Below the pieces are notes generated by a model. The model was not told the origin of the DNA, did not search any database, and saw only the letters and a list, made by a program, of their open reading frames with translations. A stretch of DNA of 64,000 nt from Eledone cirrhosa (lineage: Eukaryota). This document shows positions 15,422 to 28,574 of the stretch, one piece after another (position 1 is the stretch's first letter; every line of letters starts with the position of its first letter). The position numbers and the translations under genes were made by a program. The stretch covers positions 160,084,001 through 160,148,000 of the forward strand of contig OZ024740.1 of NCBI GenBank assembly GCA_964016885.1, given 5' to 3'.

Positions 15422-17292
15422 TTGCAAAAAAACACAAAATCACTGGCTCTACTGTTGGCCCTCTAATTGATGAAAATGGCACTCTTCAAGACAATGCTAA
15501 AACCATGGGTGAGATACTGCAGAAACAATACTGCTCTGTTTTCAGCAATCCTGATATGGCCGATCTGGGCTGTATCGGCGATGTTACTCCCCATTACACC
15601 TTATCGGACATAACGTTTGGCGCCCCTGATGTCTTGGCGGCAATAAAGGAAATCAAGCATAATTCAGCAGTAGGTCCCGATAGGTTCCCTGCTTGTGTCT
15701 TGAAGGCGTGTCAACACCAACTTGCTTCTCCTCTTGCCAATCTGTGGCGGAACTCACTGGATGCTGGATATGTGCCAGAAAACCTTCTATCCCAGTCTGT
15801 TGTCCCAGTTTACAAAAAGGGAAACAAATCCCTTGCCGTGAATTACCGTCCAATCTCACTCACCTCTCATATCATTAAGGTATTTGAGCGAGTGGTGAGA
15901 TCGCGAATGACCCACTTCCTTGAGAGTAACAATATGCTGAACTCCAACCAGCATGGATTCCGTAATGGAAGGGAATGCCTGACGCAACTACTGCATCATT
16001 TTGATGACATTTTGAGAGCCTTGGGAGAGGGTTCCAACACTGATGTTATCTACCTTGATTTCAGCAAGGCCTTTGACAGGGTTGATCATAACATTCTACT
16101 GAGAAAGCTGTCCAATATTGGTGTCACTGGAAAGCTGCTGCAGTGGATCAAGAGCTTCCTGTCAAACAGAACCCAACATGTTGTAGTTGAGGGAGTCAAA
16201 TCAAGCCCAGCCAAAGTCAGTAGTGGAGTCCCACAAGGCACTGTGTTGGGCCCACTTCTCTTCATCATCTATATTAATGACATCACTGACATCATCAAAC
16301 ACAGCAAGATTAAAGTTTTCGCTGATGATTCCAAGCTCCAAAAGGTCATCAATGGCGTGGATGACCGGATAAGCCTTCAGTCAGACCTACTGGCTGTTAC
16401 CCAATGGGCAGAAAAGAACAACATGTTACTGAACGAAGACAAATTCGAACTGATCCACTTTGGAAAAGAGGATGCTCTGAAACTCCCGTACTCCCTTCCC
16501 TCCGGGGAAACTCTCGTGGCATCTAACAACATCAGAGACTTGGGAGTAACCGTGGACAGCAACATAAGCTGGACCACGCATATAAGCAGCAAAGTTGACA
16601 TGGCCCGCAGAATGTGTTCCTGGATCCTCAGAACCTTCCAGTCGAGAGATTCCCGCACCATTATCCTTCTCTTCTCTACTTTCGCCCGACCACACCTTGA
16701 ATACTGTTGTCCACTGTGGTCTCCCTACACGAAACAAAGTATCATGAAACTTGAAGCTCCTCAAAGGGCAATCACGAAAAAGATAGATGGCATGTCAGAC
16801 CTTGACTACTGGGGTCGATTGGAAAACCTGAAACTTTACTCACTCCAACGTCGCCGTGAGCGTTATATTATCTGCATGATGTGGAAAATGTTCCATCATC
16901 ACTGCCCAAATGATGTTGGCATCGCCTTCAAGATACACCCAAGGCTTGGGCCCCGTGCTATCCGTCCCATTCAAAAATCTAAATCGCAACTCATAACAAC
17001 AATACGGCACAATTATTTCACCTCAATCGGCCCTGCTCTCTTCAACATCACACCAGGACACGTCAAAACAGAAACTGACCACACAAAATTCAAGAAGTCT
17101 TTGGACAAATTCCTCCAAGTAATCCCGGACAAACCACCCACACCCGGATATGTCTCCGCAAACAGTAATTCTCTTCTCGAATGGGCCATGGTGCCCAAAT
17201 CCTGAATTGAAAGACTTCGCCAGGTGGTGCTATTAAGTTAGACATTGCCTGGGCCAATACTGGCCAAAACATTTCAAAGTTATTCAAAGTTA
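15422..17292 (+). mobile_element. CR1-type LINE, 5'-truncated, inserted in a TA array
   Basis: Uninterrupted RT ORF, short 3' UTR, tail TTCAAAGTTA x2. Confidence 0.92.
15505..17205 (+). CDS. LINE ORF2 reverse transcriptase (CR1-like), C-terminal 566 aa
   Basis: [59 protein letters not shown]. Confidence 0.92.
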   Translation: MGEILQKQYCSVFSNPDMADLGCIGDVTPHYTLSDITFGAPDVLAAIKEIKHNSAVGPDRFPACVLKACQHQLASPLANLWRNSLDAGYVPENLLSQSVVPVYKKGNKSLAVNYRPISLTSHIIKVFERVVRSRMTHFLESNNMLNSNQHGFRNGRECLTQLLHHFDDILRALGEGSNTDVIYLDFSKAFDRVDHNILLRKLSNIGVTGKLLQWIKSFLSNRTQHVVVEGVKSSPAKVSSGVPQGTVLGPLLFIIYINDITDIIKHSKIKVFADDSKLQKVINGVDDRISLQSDLLAVTQWAEKNNMLLNEDKFELIHFGKEDALKLPYSLPSGETLVASNNIRDLGVTVDSNISWTTHISSKVDMARRMCSWILRTFQSRDSRTIILLFSTFARPHLEYCCPLWSPYTKQSIMKLEAPQRAITKKIDGMSDLDYWGRLENLKLYSLQRRRERYIICMMWKMFHHHCPNDVGIAFKIHPRLGPRAIRPIQKSKSQLITTIRHNYFTSIGPALFNITPGHVKTETDHTKFKKSLDKFLQVIPDKPPTPGYVSANSNSLLEWAMVPKS

Positions 17293-19408
<2,116 letters not shown>

Positions 19409-19885
19409 TATAACGGAGGAAATGTGGTAAGGAACCAGGTGGACCATAATGCACCAAAGTACTCAATACTTAGGGTAGTAGAGTGGGTAATAGGAACGAG
19501 TAGGACCCCGATGGCTGAGCTCAAGCCGTTTCGACGGCTAATTCTGGACTAGAATAATATATAGAATTGTCTATATAGACAGACTGAATAAAAAGTGGCG
19601 TAGACATACAACACAACAGGTTGAAAAAATATAACACCACTGACGATGTTGCAGATGTGCAACGAAAGATTTATGTAAATTATGTAAACTATATATATGT
19701 GTTTGTGTCTATATTGTATCTGTATTATTTTTGACCGTCGGTCAGTCAATGGCAACATTGCGGACCGATTAAGTTAGATCGCAGATATAAAAGACAGCGA
19801 GCAGCGAAAACCAACCAAACAGTGAGTGTGTTCTGTTATTAATTCTGGCAATATTACACAAATATGACCCTCCCCAAGTATAACA
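19409..19885 (+). mobile_element. Dispersed repeat, possible solo LTR
   Basis: 3' ~170 nt recur at 61420-61591 and inverted at ~46060-46130; TATA-like GATATAAAAG; both direct copies stop matching at ...AAGTATAACA(ATAT). Confidence 0.4.
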
Positions 19886-19964
19886 ATATTTGTTTCGACA
19901 CACGATTTCATATAAAAAACCTCGCTAAAATATATATATATATATATATATGTATGTCTGTATA

Positions 19965-20001
<37 letters not shown>

Positions 20002-20200
20002 CTGTATGCATATGTATATATATATAGATATAGATAGGTAAATATACACGGGTGTGTATGATTGTGTATAGAAGATTATATTAATAAGAGGAATTCCAAC
20101 TTTGTCTGATTTACTCGTTTTATTTAGAATCCTTTAAAATATATATAATATGGTATTATAATGAAATAGTATGATAGAATATTAAATTCTAAGTGTTAAT

Positions 20201-20239
20201 TGAACAAGTACTTTCATGCTTTCGCAATCTTCAGGTTCA
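20201..20239 (-). ncRNA. Minimal type I hammerhead ribozyme of PLE pLTR
   Basis: Minus: tgaac-CTGAAGA-t-tgc-gaaa-gca-t-GAAAG-ta-CTT-gttca; 5-bp stem I, GAAA tetraloop on stem II, palindromic AAGTACTT. Confidence 0.85.
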
Positions 20240-20613
20240 TGATATGTGGTGACAGTCGAGTTTGCAATTTTCAACTGTAATGAGATGGGTAAATTTACTA
20301 CCTTTTATACATTTTATACAGAGAAAAGTGGCTCCAGAATGCAAAGCCCTGTAAACTGTATTTCGACCAATCAGTGTGTAGTTTCACTGAATTACTACAG
20401 CTGATTGGTTTAAGCGTCACGGCTGGTTGAGCATGCTAACGTCCAATAGTCATACCCAACGTATCAATTGTTTTGCTTTTTGAAATGATGAAAATAGCAT
20501 TTTCTATTAATCATCACCATCAACATCACTTTTATTATTATTATTATTGTTGTTGTTGTTGTTGTTAGTGGTCGTGGTCATAGTGGTAGTAGAAGTAATA
20601 CCCCTAGGCGTTA

Positions 20614-22057
20614 TTATTGTTCATTTAGCTTGGGTTTGAATTTATCAATAAAATTCTTTTCTTTGATTTTTCTCTTGATTTCACTTAGGCTGTGTAATTT
20701 GTAGAATGGGAATATTATAAATATTCCCTGACCACATGTTGCCAGGTGGCCTCTTAGGGGTATCTGACGGACATTTGGGTCCCTGATTTGTTGACGGTGT
20801 ACCCGTGCACATTCCGAGAGTGCATTTCCAGTTTGACCGACATATAGTTCTTCACAATTCGGGCATTTAATGCAGTAAATTAGATTTCTGCTTTTGCAGT
20901 TCATATTTGCATTTGGGAATATTTTTCCAGTTTTTGTTTTCATATATTGACCGGCGTGTATGGATTGACATGTGCCGCATCGATTATCATTGCATTTAGA
21001 TACAGTGAATGATTGGTCTTTGTTGTTAAGGTAGAACTTTGCTTTTGTTAGCAATTGCTTCAAATTTTTTGGCTGTCTTTTACTAAGAGTCAAAGATGGA
21101 TCTGTGATTAAGCCTTTTAATTCATTACTTTGAGCAATGATCGGTAGGTTTGCTTTGACAGTGTTGAATATATTCTGGTGACATGGGTTGTGTGTCATTA
21201 TAAATTGTATGACCAGTTCTTGGTTTCTTCTTCCTTGGGTTGTTCTAAGTTGTTGTATAGGTATTTTTATAGCCCGCTGTATGCCATTTTCTATAAGTAG
21301 TGATGGGTATTTTTGTTTGAGCAAAAATTCTCTTAGTTCTGTTAGGCGTTTGTACCTGGTATTCGTATCTTCTACAATGGTACAAATTCTTCTGGCTAGG
21401 CAGTATGGGATGTTGCGTTTTGTATGAGGTGGATGGCACGACTTAAAATTCAGATATTGATGGGTGTCTGTGTGTTTATAATATATATCCGTGGTAATGG
21501 TGGTGTCGTTTTTGATTATCATTATATCTAGGAATGGTAATTTGGTCCTACTCATCTCTTTTGTGAATTGGAGAGATGGGTGTAGGTTATTCAGGAGGAT
21601 ATTGAACTCATCAACAGTCGTCAAGGTATCTCTTCCAAGATTTTTCAATGTACTTTCTAAAGTCAGTACTATATTTTTCCTCTATTTCTTGGTAGAGTTG
21701 TTGTTCTAAGTATCCCATTACAGAGTTCGCGTAAACGGGAGCAAACTTCGTTCCCATCGCTGTGCCTCTAATTTGGATGTAATTCTTTCCATTTAAGAAG
21801 AAAGTGTTGTTTTCCAGAATAAGTTTAACTGCGTCTAATATAAATGGCGCTGTGAATCTAATGGGAATCACTTCTCTATGTTTTTCCACCCAGTATTTAA
21901 CCGCCTTTATTCCTAAATCATGTGTAATGTTGGTGTAAAGGCTTACCACATCAAAACTGAGTAGAAGTGAATTCGTTTCCGTGGTTTTGGGAAGATGGGA
22001 CAGGAAGTCGCTATCATCCCGGATGAAACTGGGTATGTGAATACATAGTGGTTTCAA
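20614..22057 (-). pseudogene. PLE RT + GIY-YIG endonuclease, frameshifted near 21630
   Basis: SFDVVSLYTNI, GTAMGTKFAP, RYLDD, LPFLD, YYKHTD, Cys linker KCNDNRCGTC, NLIYCIKC..C...YVGQT. Confidence 0.92.
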
Positions 22058-22317
22058 AATAATGTCAACAAAATTGCTTAGACGGTGAGTGAGGCATGTT
22101 GGACCAGCTATAATAGTTTTAAGTTTTAAGTCTTTTGGGTGTAATAATTTAATGTACTCACTGTTTTGTTCTCTTACTGCCAGTTGTATTTCTTTTGACT
22201 TGTGAACTTTCGGTAGGCCATACAGGTTGCTGGGTTTCGGCTCAAAATTGGTGATGTAGTCTCTTTGTATATGTATATATATATATATGTATGTCTGTAT
22301 GTGTATCTATATATATG

Positions 22318-22353
<36 letters not shown>

Positions 22354-22380
22354 TGTATGTATGTATGTATGTATGTATGT

Positions 22381-22988
22381 CAGGTCACCAGTTGGTGCTA
22401 CTGGTAACATGTATTCCAATACAACCTGTCCCATGGTCGGGTCGTTGGCGACTAAACTGGCAACCCCACCAAGGTTTCTTGGTGAGGAGGGTGACTTTGG
22501 ACATCCTGCAGGACTAAAAACAAAACCTGTCAAAGGGCAAAGGAGTTCTTAAGTGTCAATGGCCATCCAAAATCACCGGGCGAGATGACCCCTTAGCCTT
22601 TGTCAAGGCAGAATTCTAGGAGAAGGAAAACTCTGATATAACACCTGCAACCCTGATGGTATGCAATGATGTTGACTTGTTCTTCTTTTTGGTAAATATC
22701 ATCTTGGTTAAGAGAGTGGGACTGGCTTTGTGCAATGCCTTTGCTCACTATAAAAGCTTCACGGCACAGGCATTGCTTTGTATCTGGAGATCTCTCTGCA
22801 TGTATCGTCACATGGTACCATGGGCCCAGCACTATGTGTCAATAATTGTCACAGGTGTAGTGTTTGTACCAGAGTTTACAAGTCGCTGGCTGGACTAAAA
22901 AGTCACACTTGTTTAGCGCATCGGTAGGGGTTCTCCTACATGGATATAAAGTAGTGGCCATACTCGAAAACGAGTTGGCAGCCACCAT
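22381..22988 (+). mobile_element. Non-autonomous RTE-related interspersed repeat, copy 1
   Basis: High identity to 27893-28448 and 23516-23922; ends GAGTTGGCAGCCACCAT followed by microsatellite. Confidence 0.7.
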
Positions 22989-23515
22989 GTGTATATATAT
23001 ATATGTATGTATATGTGTATATGTATGTATGTATGTGTATGTATGTATATGTGTGTATGTATGTGTATATATATATGTATGTATATTTATATGTATGTAT
23101 GTGTATATATGTATGTATGTATGTGTATATATGTGTGTATGTATGTGTATATATGTGTGTATGTATGTATATGTGTATGTATGTATATATATGTATATAT
23201 ATATGTGTATGTGTGTATATGAGTGTATATGTATGTGTATATATGTGTTTATGTATATATGTGTGTATGTATATATATGTGTATGTGTATGTATGTATGT
23301 ATGTATGTATGTATGTGTATATGTATATGAATGTATATATATATATATATGTATATATATATGTATGTGTATATGTATGTATGTGTATATGTATGTATAT
23401 GTATGTATGTATGTATATATATATATATATATGCGTATGTGTGTATGTATATGTGTGTATGTATGTATGTATGTATGTGTGCATATGTGTGTATATATAT
23501 ATACGTATATACAGG

Positions 23516-23922
23516 AGAGATGACCCTTAGCCTTTCTCAAGGCAGAATTCTAGGAGAATGAAAACTCTGATATAACACCTGCAACCCTGATGGTATCAAA
23601 TGATGTTGACTTGTTCTTCTTTTTGATTAATATCATCTTGGTTAAGGGAGTGGGACTGGCTTTGTGCAGTGCCTTTGCTCACTATAAAAGCTTGACGGCA
23701 CAGGCATTGCTTTATACCTGGAGATCTCTCTGTACTTGTCATCACATGCTACCATGGGTCCAGCACTATGTGTGAATAATTGTCACAAGTGTAGTGTTTG
23801 TACCAGAGTTTACAAGTCGCTGGCTGGACTAAAAAGTCACACTCGTTCAGCGGATCGGTAGGGGTTCTCCTACATGGATATAAAGTAGTGGTCGTACTCG
23901 AAAACGAGTTGGCAGCCACCAT
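23516..23922 (+). mobile_element. Same repeat, 5'-truncated copy 2
   Basis: Same 3' end, different 5' truncation. Confidence 0.7.
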
Positions 23923-23981
23923 ATATATATGTATGTATGTAATGTATGTATATATGTATGTATATATATATGTAATATATG

Positions 23982-24013
<32 letters not shown>

Positions 24014-24313
24014 TATGTATATATATGTATATACATATTTTTATAACTCCGATATAAATCCTGCGGCTCAGTAGTTACTGATGATATTGATCTTTTCTTC
24101 TTTTTGGGTTATAGCTACGCTACTGTTGCTCAGAGAGAGGGATTGGCCCTGTGCACAGTCTTACCTCACTTTAAAAAATATCTTCATTCACAGCCATTGC
24201 ACGATAGAATTAATTAATAATTATTAATAATGTTATATCGTGCAATGGCCATACTTGATAATGAGGGGGCAGTCATCATATATATATATATATGTATCTA
24301 TATATGTATGTAG

Positions 24314-24693
24314 TAGGCACCTCTTAACCAAATATACACCGCAATCCACTACCCTACCCTATCCTCCCACTCCCACCAACACCACCCTCTCTCTGTAAAG
24401 TTGGTATCACAACATCCGGTCCAAATAAATGAGATAATGAGATCGACATTCTGTAGATGTCACGACAAAAAACACAGTCCACGCTGTAATGTGGCTTTGT
24501 AGGTAACACGGTAAAAAGTTCCCAGTTCCACACTGAAAATATGGTTGGTGTTAGGAAGGGCATCCAGCCGTAGAAAACCTGCTATATGAGCGAGACACAG
24601 TCACCCAACCAACCTTGACTCAAATTGGAACAACACCCGTCTAACCCATGCTAGCGTGGAAAATGGAGTTTAAACGAAGATGATGATGATGAT
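24314..24693 (+). mobile_element. RTE LINE 3' UTR fragment with (GAT)n tail
   Basis: GTTAGGAAGGGCATCCAGCCGTAGAAAA...ACCCATGCTAGCGTGGAA...(GAT)n. Confidence 0.8.
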
Positions 24694-24708
24694 ATATATA
24701 TATATATA

Positions 24709-25101
24709 CAAGGGCAATCCCAAAAGTAAGGTCTCCTTTCGATATTGCAACTTTTCCATTAAAATCCTGTGGATGGTGCTTCGGGAAACCCCAGGAACCA
24801 AAATGCAGAGAGCATCCAGAGTGATCCGCCGATCTTTACGCATGTTTTCCTCGGAAGGAGACCTTACTTTTGGGATTGCCCTCTACATAATAACTGTGTG
24901 AAATTCGCACTTGGCGGTAGCGTTCAACAGGTGCTCCATTCTCAATGGCTGCCAAGCCAAGATTGAGCATCCCAGCGAAGTGCGCGCATACTTTCTTGGG
25001 AGTGAAGGAAGCACCAATCACAACAGTGTTGCCAACAGCCGTACGAACAGTTTCTCTGCATCCCCATCACTCTGGAGCCCTTACCTTTGAGATTACCCTC
25101 G
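24709..25101. mobile_element. Tc1/mariner-type MITE with three TIR copies
   Basis: Left TIR CAAGGGCAATCCCAAAAGTAAGGTCTCC (24709); inverted copies at 24857-24883 and 25074-25101; TA flanks. Confidence 0.75.
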
Positions 25102-25134
25102 TATATGTATATATATATATGTATGTATATATAT

Positions 25135-25168
<34 letters not shown>

Positions 25169-25175
25169 GTATATA

Positions 25176-25222
<47 letters not shown>

Positions 25223-25387
25223 ATATATATGTATATATATGTATGTATGTAATTATATATATATATGTATGTATATATATGTATATATATATGTATGTAT
25301 ATATATGTATCTATATATGTATATATATATATATGTATGCATATATATGTATATATATGTATTTATATATGTATGTATATATATGTA

Positions 25388-25430
<43 letters not shown>

Positions 25431-25445
25431 GTATATATATATATG

Positions 25446-26764
25446 CAGTGATCCTGCAGGCAATAACGGAGGAGTTTAAGACCGGATGCCCATGGGAACT
25501 CATGTATGCTGATGACCTCGCACTCATAGCTGAATCTATGGTAGAACTAGAGATTAAATTCCAAACCTGGAAGCAGGGACTAGAGAGAAAGGGTCTCAAA
25601 GTCAACATGACAAAGACTAAGGTCCTTGTAAGTAGACGAGAAAACAGAACCCAGATCCCCTCAGGGAAATGGACCTGCTCAGTATGTAGGAAAGGTGTAG
25701 GTAGGAACTCCATTCTCTGCCCCAAATGCAAACAATGGGTACACAAGAGATGTAGCGGGATCTCAGGAAGCTTAATTAAGAATGTAGGATTCACATGCAA
25801 CAGCTGTGCTTAAACAGCAAGCAGCAAACAGCCACAGGAAACAAGTACCACCAATCTCTGGGAGGGCCCTGTAGAAACAGTAGACAGCTTCTGCTACCTA
25901 GGTGACCGAATTAGCAACGGAGGTGGGTGTTCAGAAAGTACAATAACTAGGGTAAGAACGGGATGGAAGAAGTTTAAGGAACTACTACCACTGCTAGCTG
26001 CAAAAGGCTTCTCCCTCAGAATGAAAGGCAGACTGTATGATGCGTGTATCCGAACAGCGATGTTGCATGGTAGTGAGACCTGGGCGCTGAAGGTGGAAGA
26101 CTTACGTAGATTAGAGAGAAACGAAGCCTGCATGCTCCGATGGATGTGTAACAGTAATATACGTGAACGACAAAGCATAAATGAATTGAGACAGAGACTG
26201 AGCATAAGAGGAATCAAATGCTGTGTGCAGGAGAGGCGGTTGCGCTGGTATGGACATGTGATGCGTATGAAGGATGACAGCTGCATAAAAAGGTGCAGAC
26301 CACTAGAAGTTGATGGAAACCGCGGAGTGGGGAGACCCAAGATGACCTGGGATGAGGTGATAAAAGCCGACCTTACCCAACTACACCTCTCAAAAACAAT
26401 GACACACGACCGAGACTTCTGGCGTCACGCAGTAATACAGAGTACCCGACCTCCCATGGGTACATGCTGAAGCATATAAACAATATGCCCCCACACCCCC
26501 CACCGCAAGGTGGTCGTGGAGGTGCCACGGCAAAAAAGCACCCAGCCCACATTGTAAAGTGGACGTGTAGGCCCCACGAAAAAGCACCCAGCACTCACTG
26601 TAAATGAGGTTGGTGTTAGGAAGGGCATCCAGCTGTAGAAATCAAGCCAGATCAGTTCCTGTATGAGCAAGGCATGGTCAGCCGACCAGACACTGCACAC
26701 AACAGGACAACCCGTCTAACCCATGCTAGCGTGGAAGAACGGACGTAAAACGGGTGATGATGAT
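25446..26764 (+). mobile_element. RTE LINE 3' portion (YADD, PHD-like finger, C-terminus, 3' UTR, GAT tail)
   Basis: [13 protein letters not shown]...[12 protein letters not shown]...CNSC, HGSETW, RRLRWYGH; stop at 25811-25813. Confidence 0.92.
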
Positions 26765-27045
26765 ATATACGTATATATATGTATATATATGTATATATAT
26801 ATATATGTATATATATGTAAATATATATATATATGTATATATATTTATATATATATATATGTATGTATATATATATGTATGTATATATATGTGCATATAT
26901 ATGTATGTATATATGTATGTATGTATATATGTATGTATGTATATATGTATGTATGTATGTATATATATTTATGTATGTATATATATATGTATATGATGTA
27001 TGTATATATATATGTATATGATGTATATATATATATATGTATGTA

Positions 27046-27810
27046 TAGTATTAATAGTATTAAGGGTACTATTTATGGTTATGTATATACTAAAACCTTT
27101 TATAGTTATATATGTTTTAAACCCTAAACAGTGAAAGACAGTAATTTATTACTACCTTATTACCAGTAAGATAAATAGCTCAATGTAATAACATCAGTTG
27201 TTCTTCAGAGCAGTTATATAGAAATTACATGAATCAAAGTTCTGTTTAAACCATTTATTAGCTTACAATTGTTTCTTCCAAACCGAGGTTTGGAGTCTTC
27301 GGAGCAATTTTTCAATGATTGTTTACATACATGACCTCCTTTCCAACACAAGAGACATACAGAAACATATGTATATATCGATGCGCAGTGGGTTGACATC
27401 CATTATAATATTTTAGCATGGCAATTTACATTCAAAGATTAAAGTCATATTAAAAGTAAATTAAAACAAAATTAAAGTTAAAATATTGGCAGTTTACGAA
27501 GATTATGCAACTTCAAACTATCCTCTTGCATTATCTTCGTAAACTGCCAATATTTTAACTTTAATTTTGTTTTAATTTTCTTTTAATATGACTTTAATCT
27601 TTGAATGTAAATTGCCATGCTAAACTATTATAATGGATGTCAACCCACTGTGCATCGATATATACATATGTTTCTGTACGTCTCTTGTGTTGGAAAGGAG
27701 GTCATGTATGTAAACAATCATTGAAAAATTGCTCCAAACCTCGGTTTGGAAGAAACAATTGTAAGCTAATAAATGGTTTAAACAGAACTTTGATTCATGT
27801 AATTTCTATA
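27046..27810 (-). mobile_element. Fold-back non-coding PLE-like element (family of 12160-12700): ~290-bp inverted repeat plus extension
   Basis: Arms 27217-27510 and 27526-27810, 15-nt spacer, few mismatches. Confidence 0.8.
27257..27308 (-). ncRNA. Minimal hammerhead-like motif, C4 variant
   Basis: Minus: gct-CCGAAGA-c-tccaaacc-tc-ggtttgga-a-GAAAC-aatt-GTA-agc; palindromic stem III ACAATTGT. Confidence 0.6.
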
Positions 27811-27892
27811 ATTTCTATATGTATGTATATGTATGTATATATGTATGTATGTATATATGTATGCATATATATATATATGTATGTATATGTAT

Positions 27893-28448
27893 CATGGTCG
27901 GTTCGTTGGCGACTAAACTGGCAACCCCACCAAGATTTGTTGGTGAGGAGGCTGGCTTTGGACATCCTGCAGGACTAAAAACAAAACCTGTCAAAGGGCA
28001 AAGGAGTTCTTAAGAGTCAATGGCCATCCAAAATCACCGGGAGAGATGACCCCTTAGCCTTTGTCAAGGCAGAATTCTAGGAGAAGGAAAACTCTGATAT
28101 AACACCTGCAACCCTGATGGTATCCAATGATATTGACTTGTTCTTCTTTTTGGTAAATATCATCTTGGTTAAGAGAGTGGGACTGGCTTTGTGCAGTGCC
28201 TTTGCTCACTATAAAAGCTTCACAGCACAGGCATTGCTTTATATCTGGAGATCTCTGCACTTGTCGTCACATGGTACCATGGGCCCAGCACTATGTGTCA
28301 ATAATTGTCACAAGTGTAGTGTTTGTACCAGAGTTTTCAAGTCGCTGGCTGGACTAAAAAGTCACACTCGTTCAGCGGATCGGTAGGGGTTCTCCTACAT
28401 GGATATAAAGTAGTGGTCGTACTCGAAAACGAGTTGGCAGCCACCATG
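27893..28448 (+). mobile_element. Same RTE-related repeat, copy 3
   Basis: Homologous to 22432-22988; encodes remnant [19 protein letters not shown]. Confidence 0.7.
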
Positions 28449-28536
28449 TATATGTATATATGTATGCATGTATATATATATATGTATGTATATATATATA
28501 TATATGTATGTATGTATATATATATATATATGTATG

Positions 28537-28567
<31 letters not shown>

Positions 28568-28574
28568 ATATATG

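Larger units (their letters stand above)
20050..22173 (-). mobile_element. Penelope-like element (Neptune-type), 5'-truncated, with 3' non-coding region and hammerhead
   Basis: RT and GIY-YIG ORFs followed by an HHR about 375 nt after the stop. Confidence 0.9.

Noticed and set aside
19634-19690. CTGACGA-T-GTTGCA-GATG-TGCAAC-GAAAG hammerhead-like half
   Set aside because: Good core and stem II, but no convincing stem I or stem III/NUH partner on either side
22381-22470. Possible HDV-like ribozyme at the 5' end of the RTE-related repeat
   Set aside because: Short hairpin plus CTAA-ACTGG is suggestive, but I could not build the P1/P1.1/P3 pseudoknot by eye
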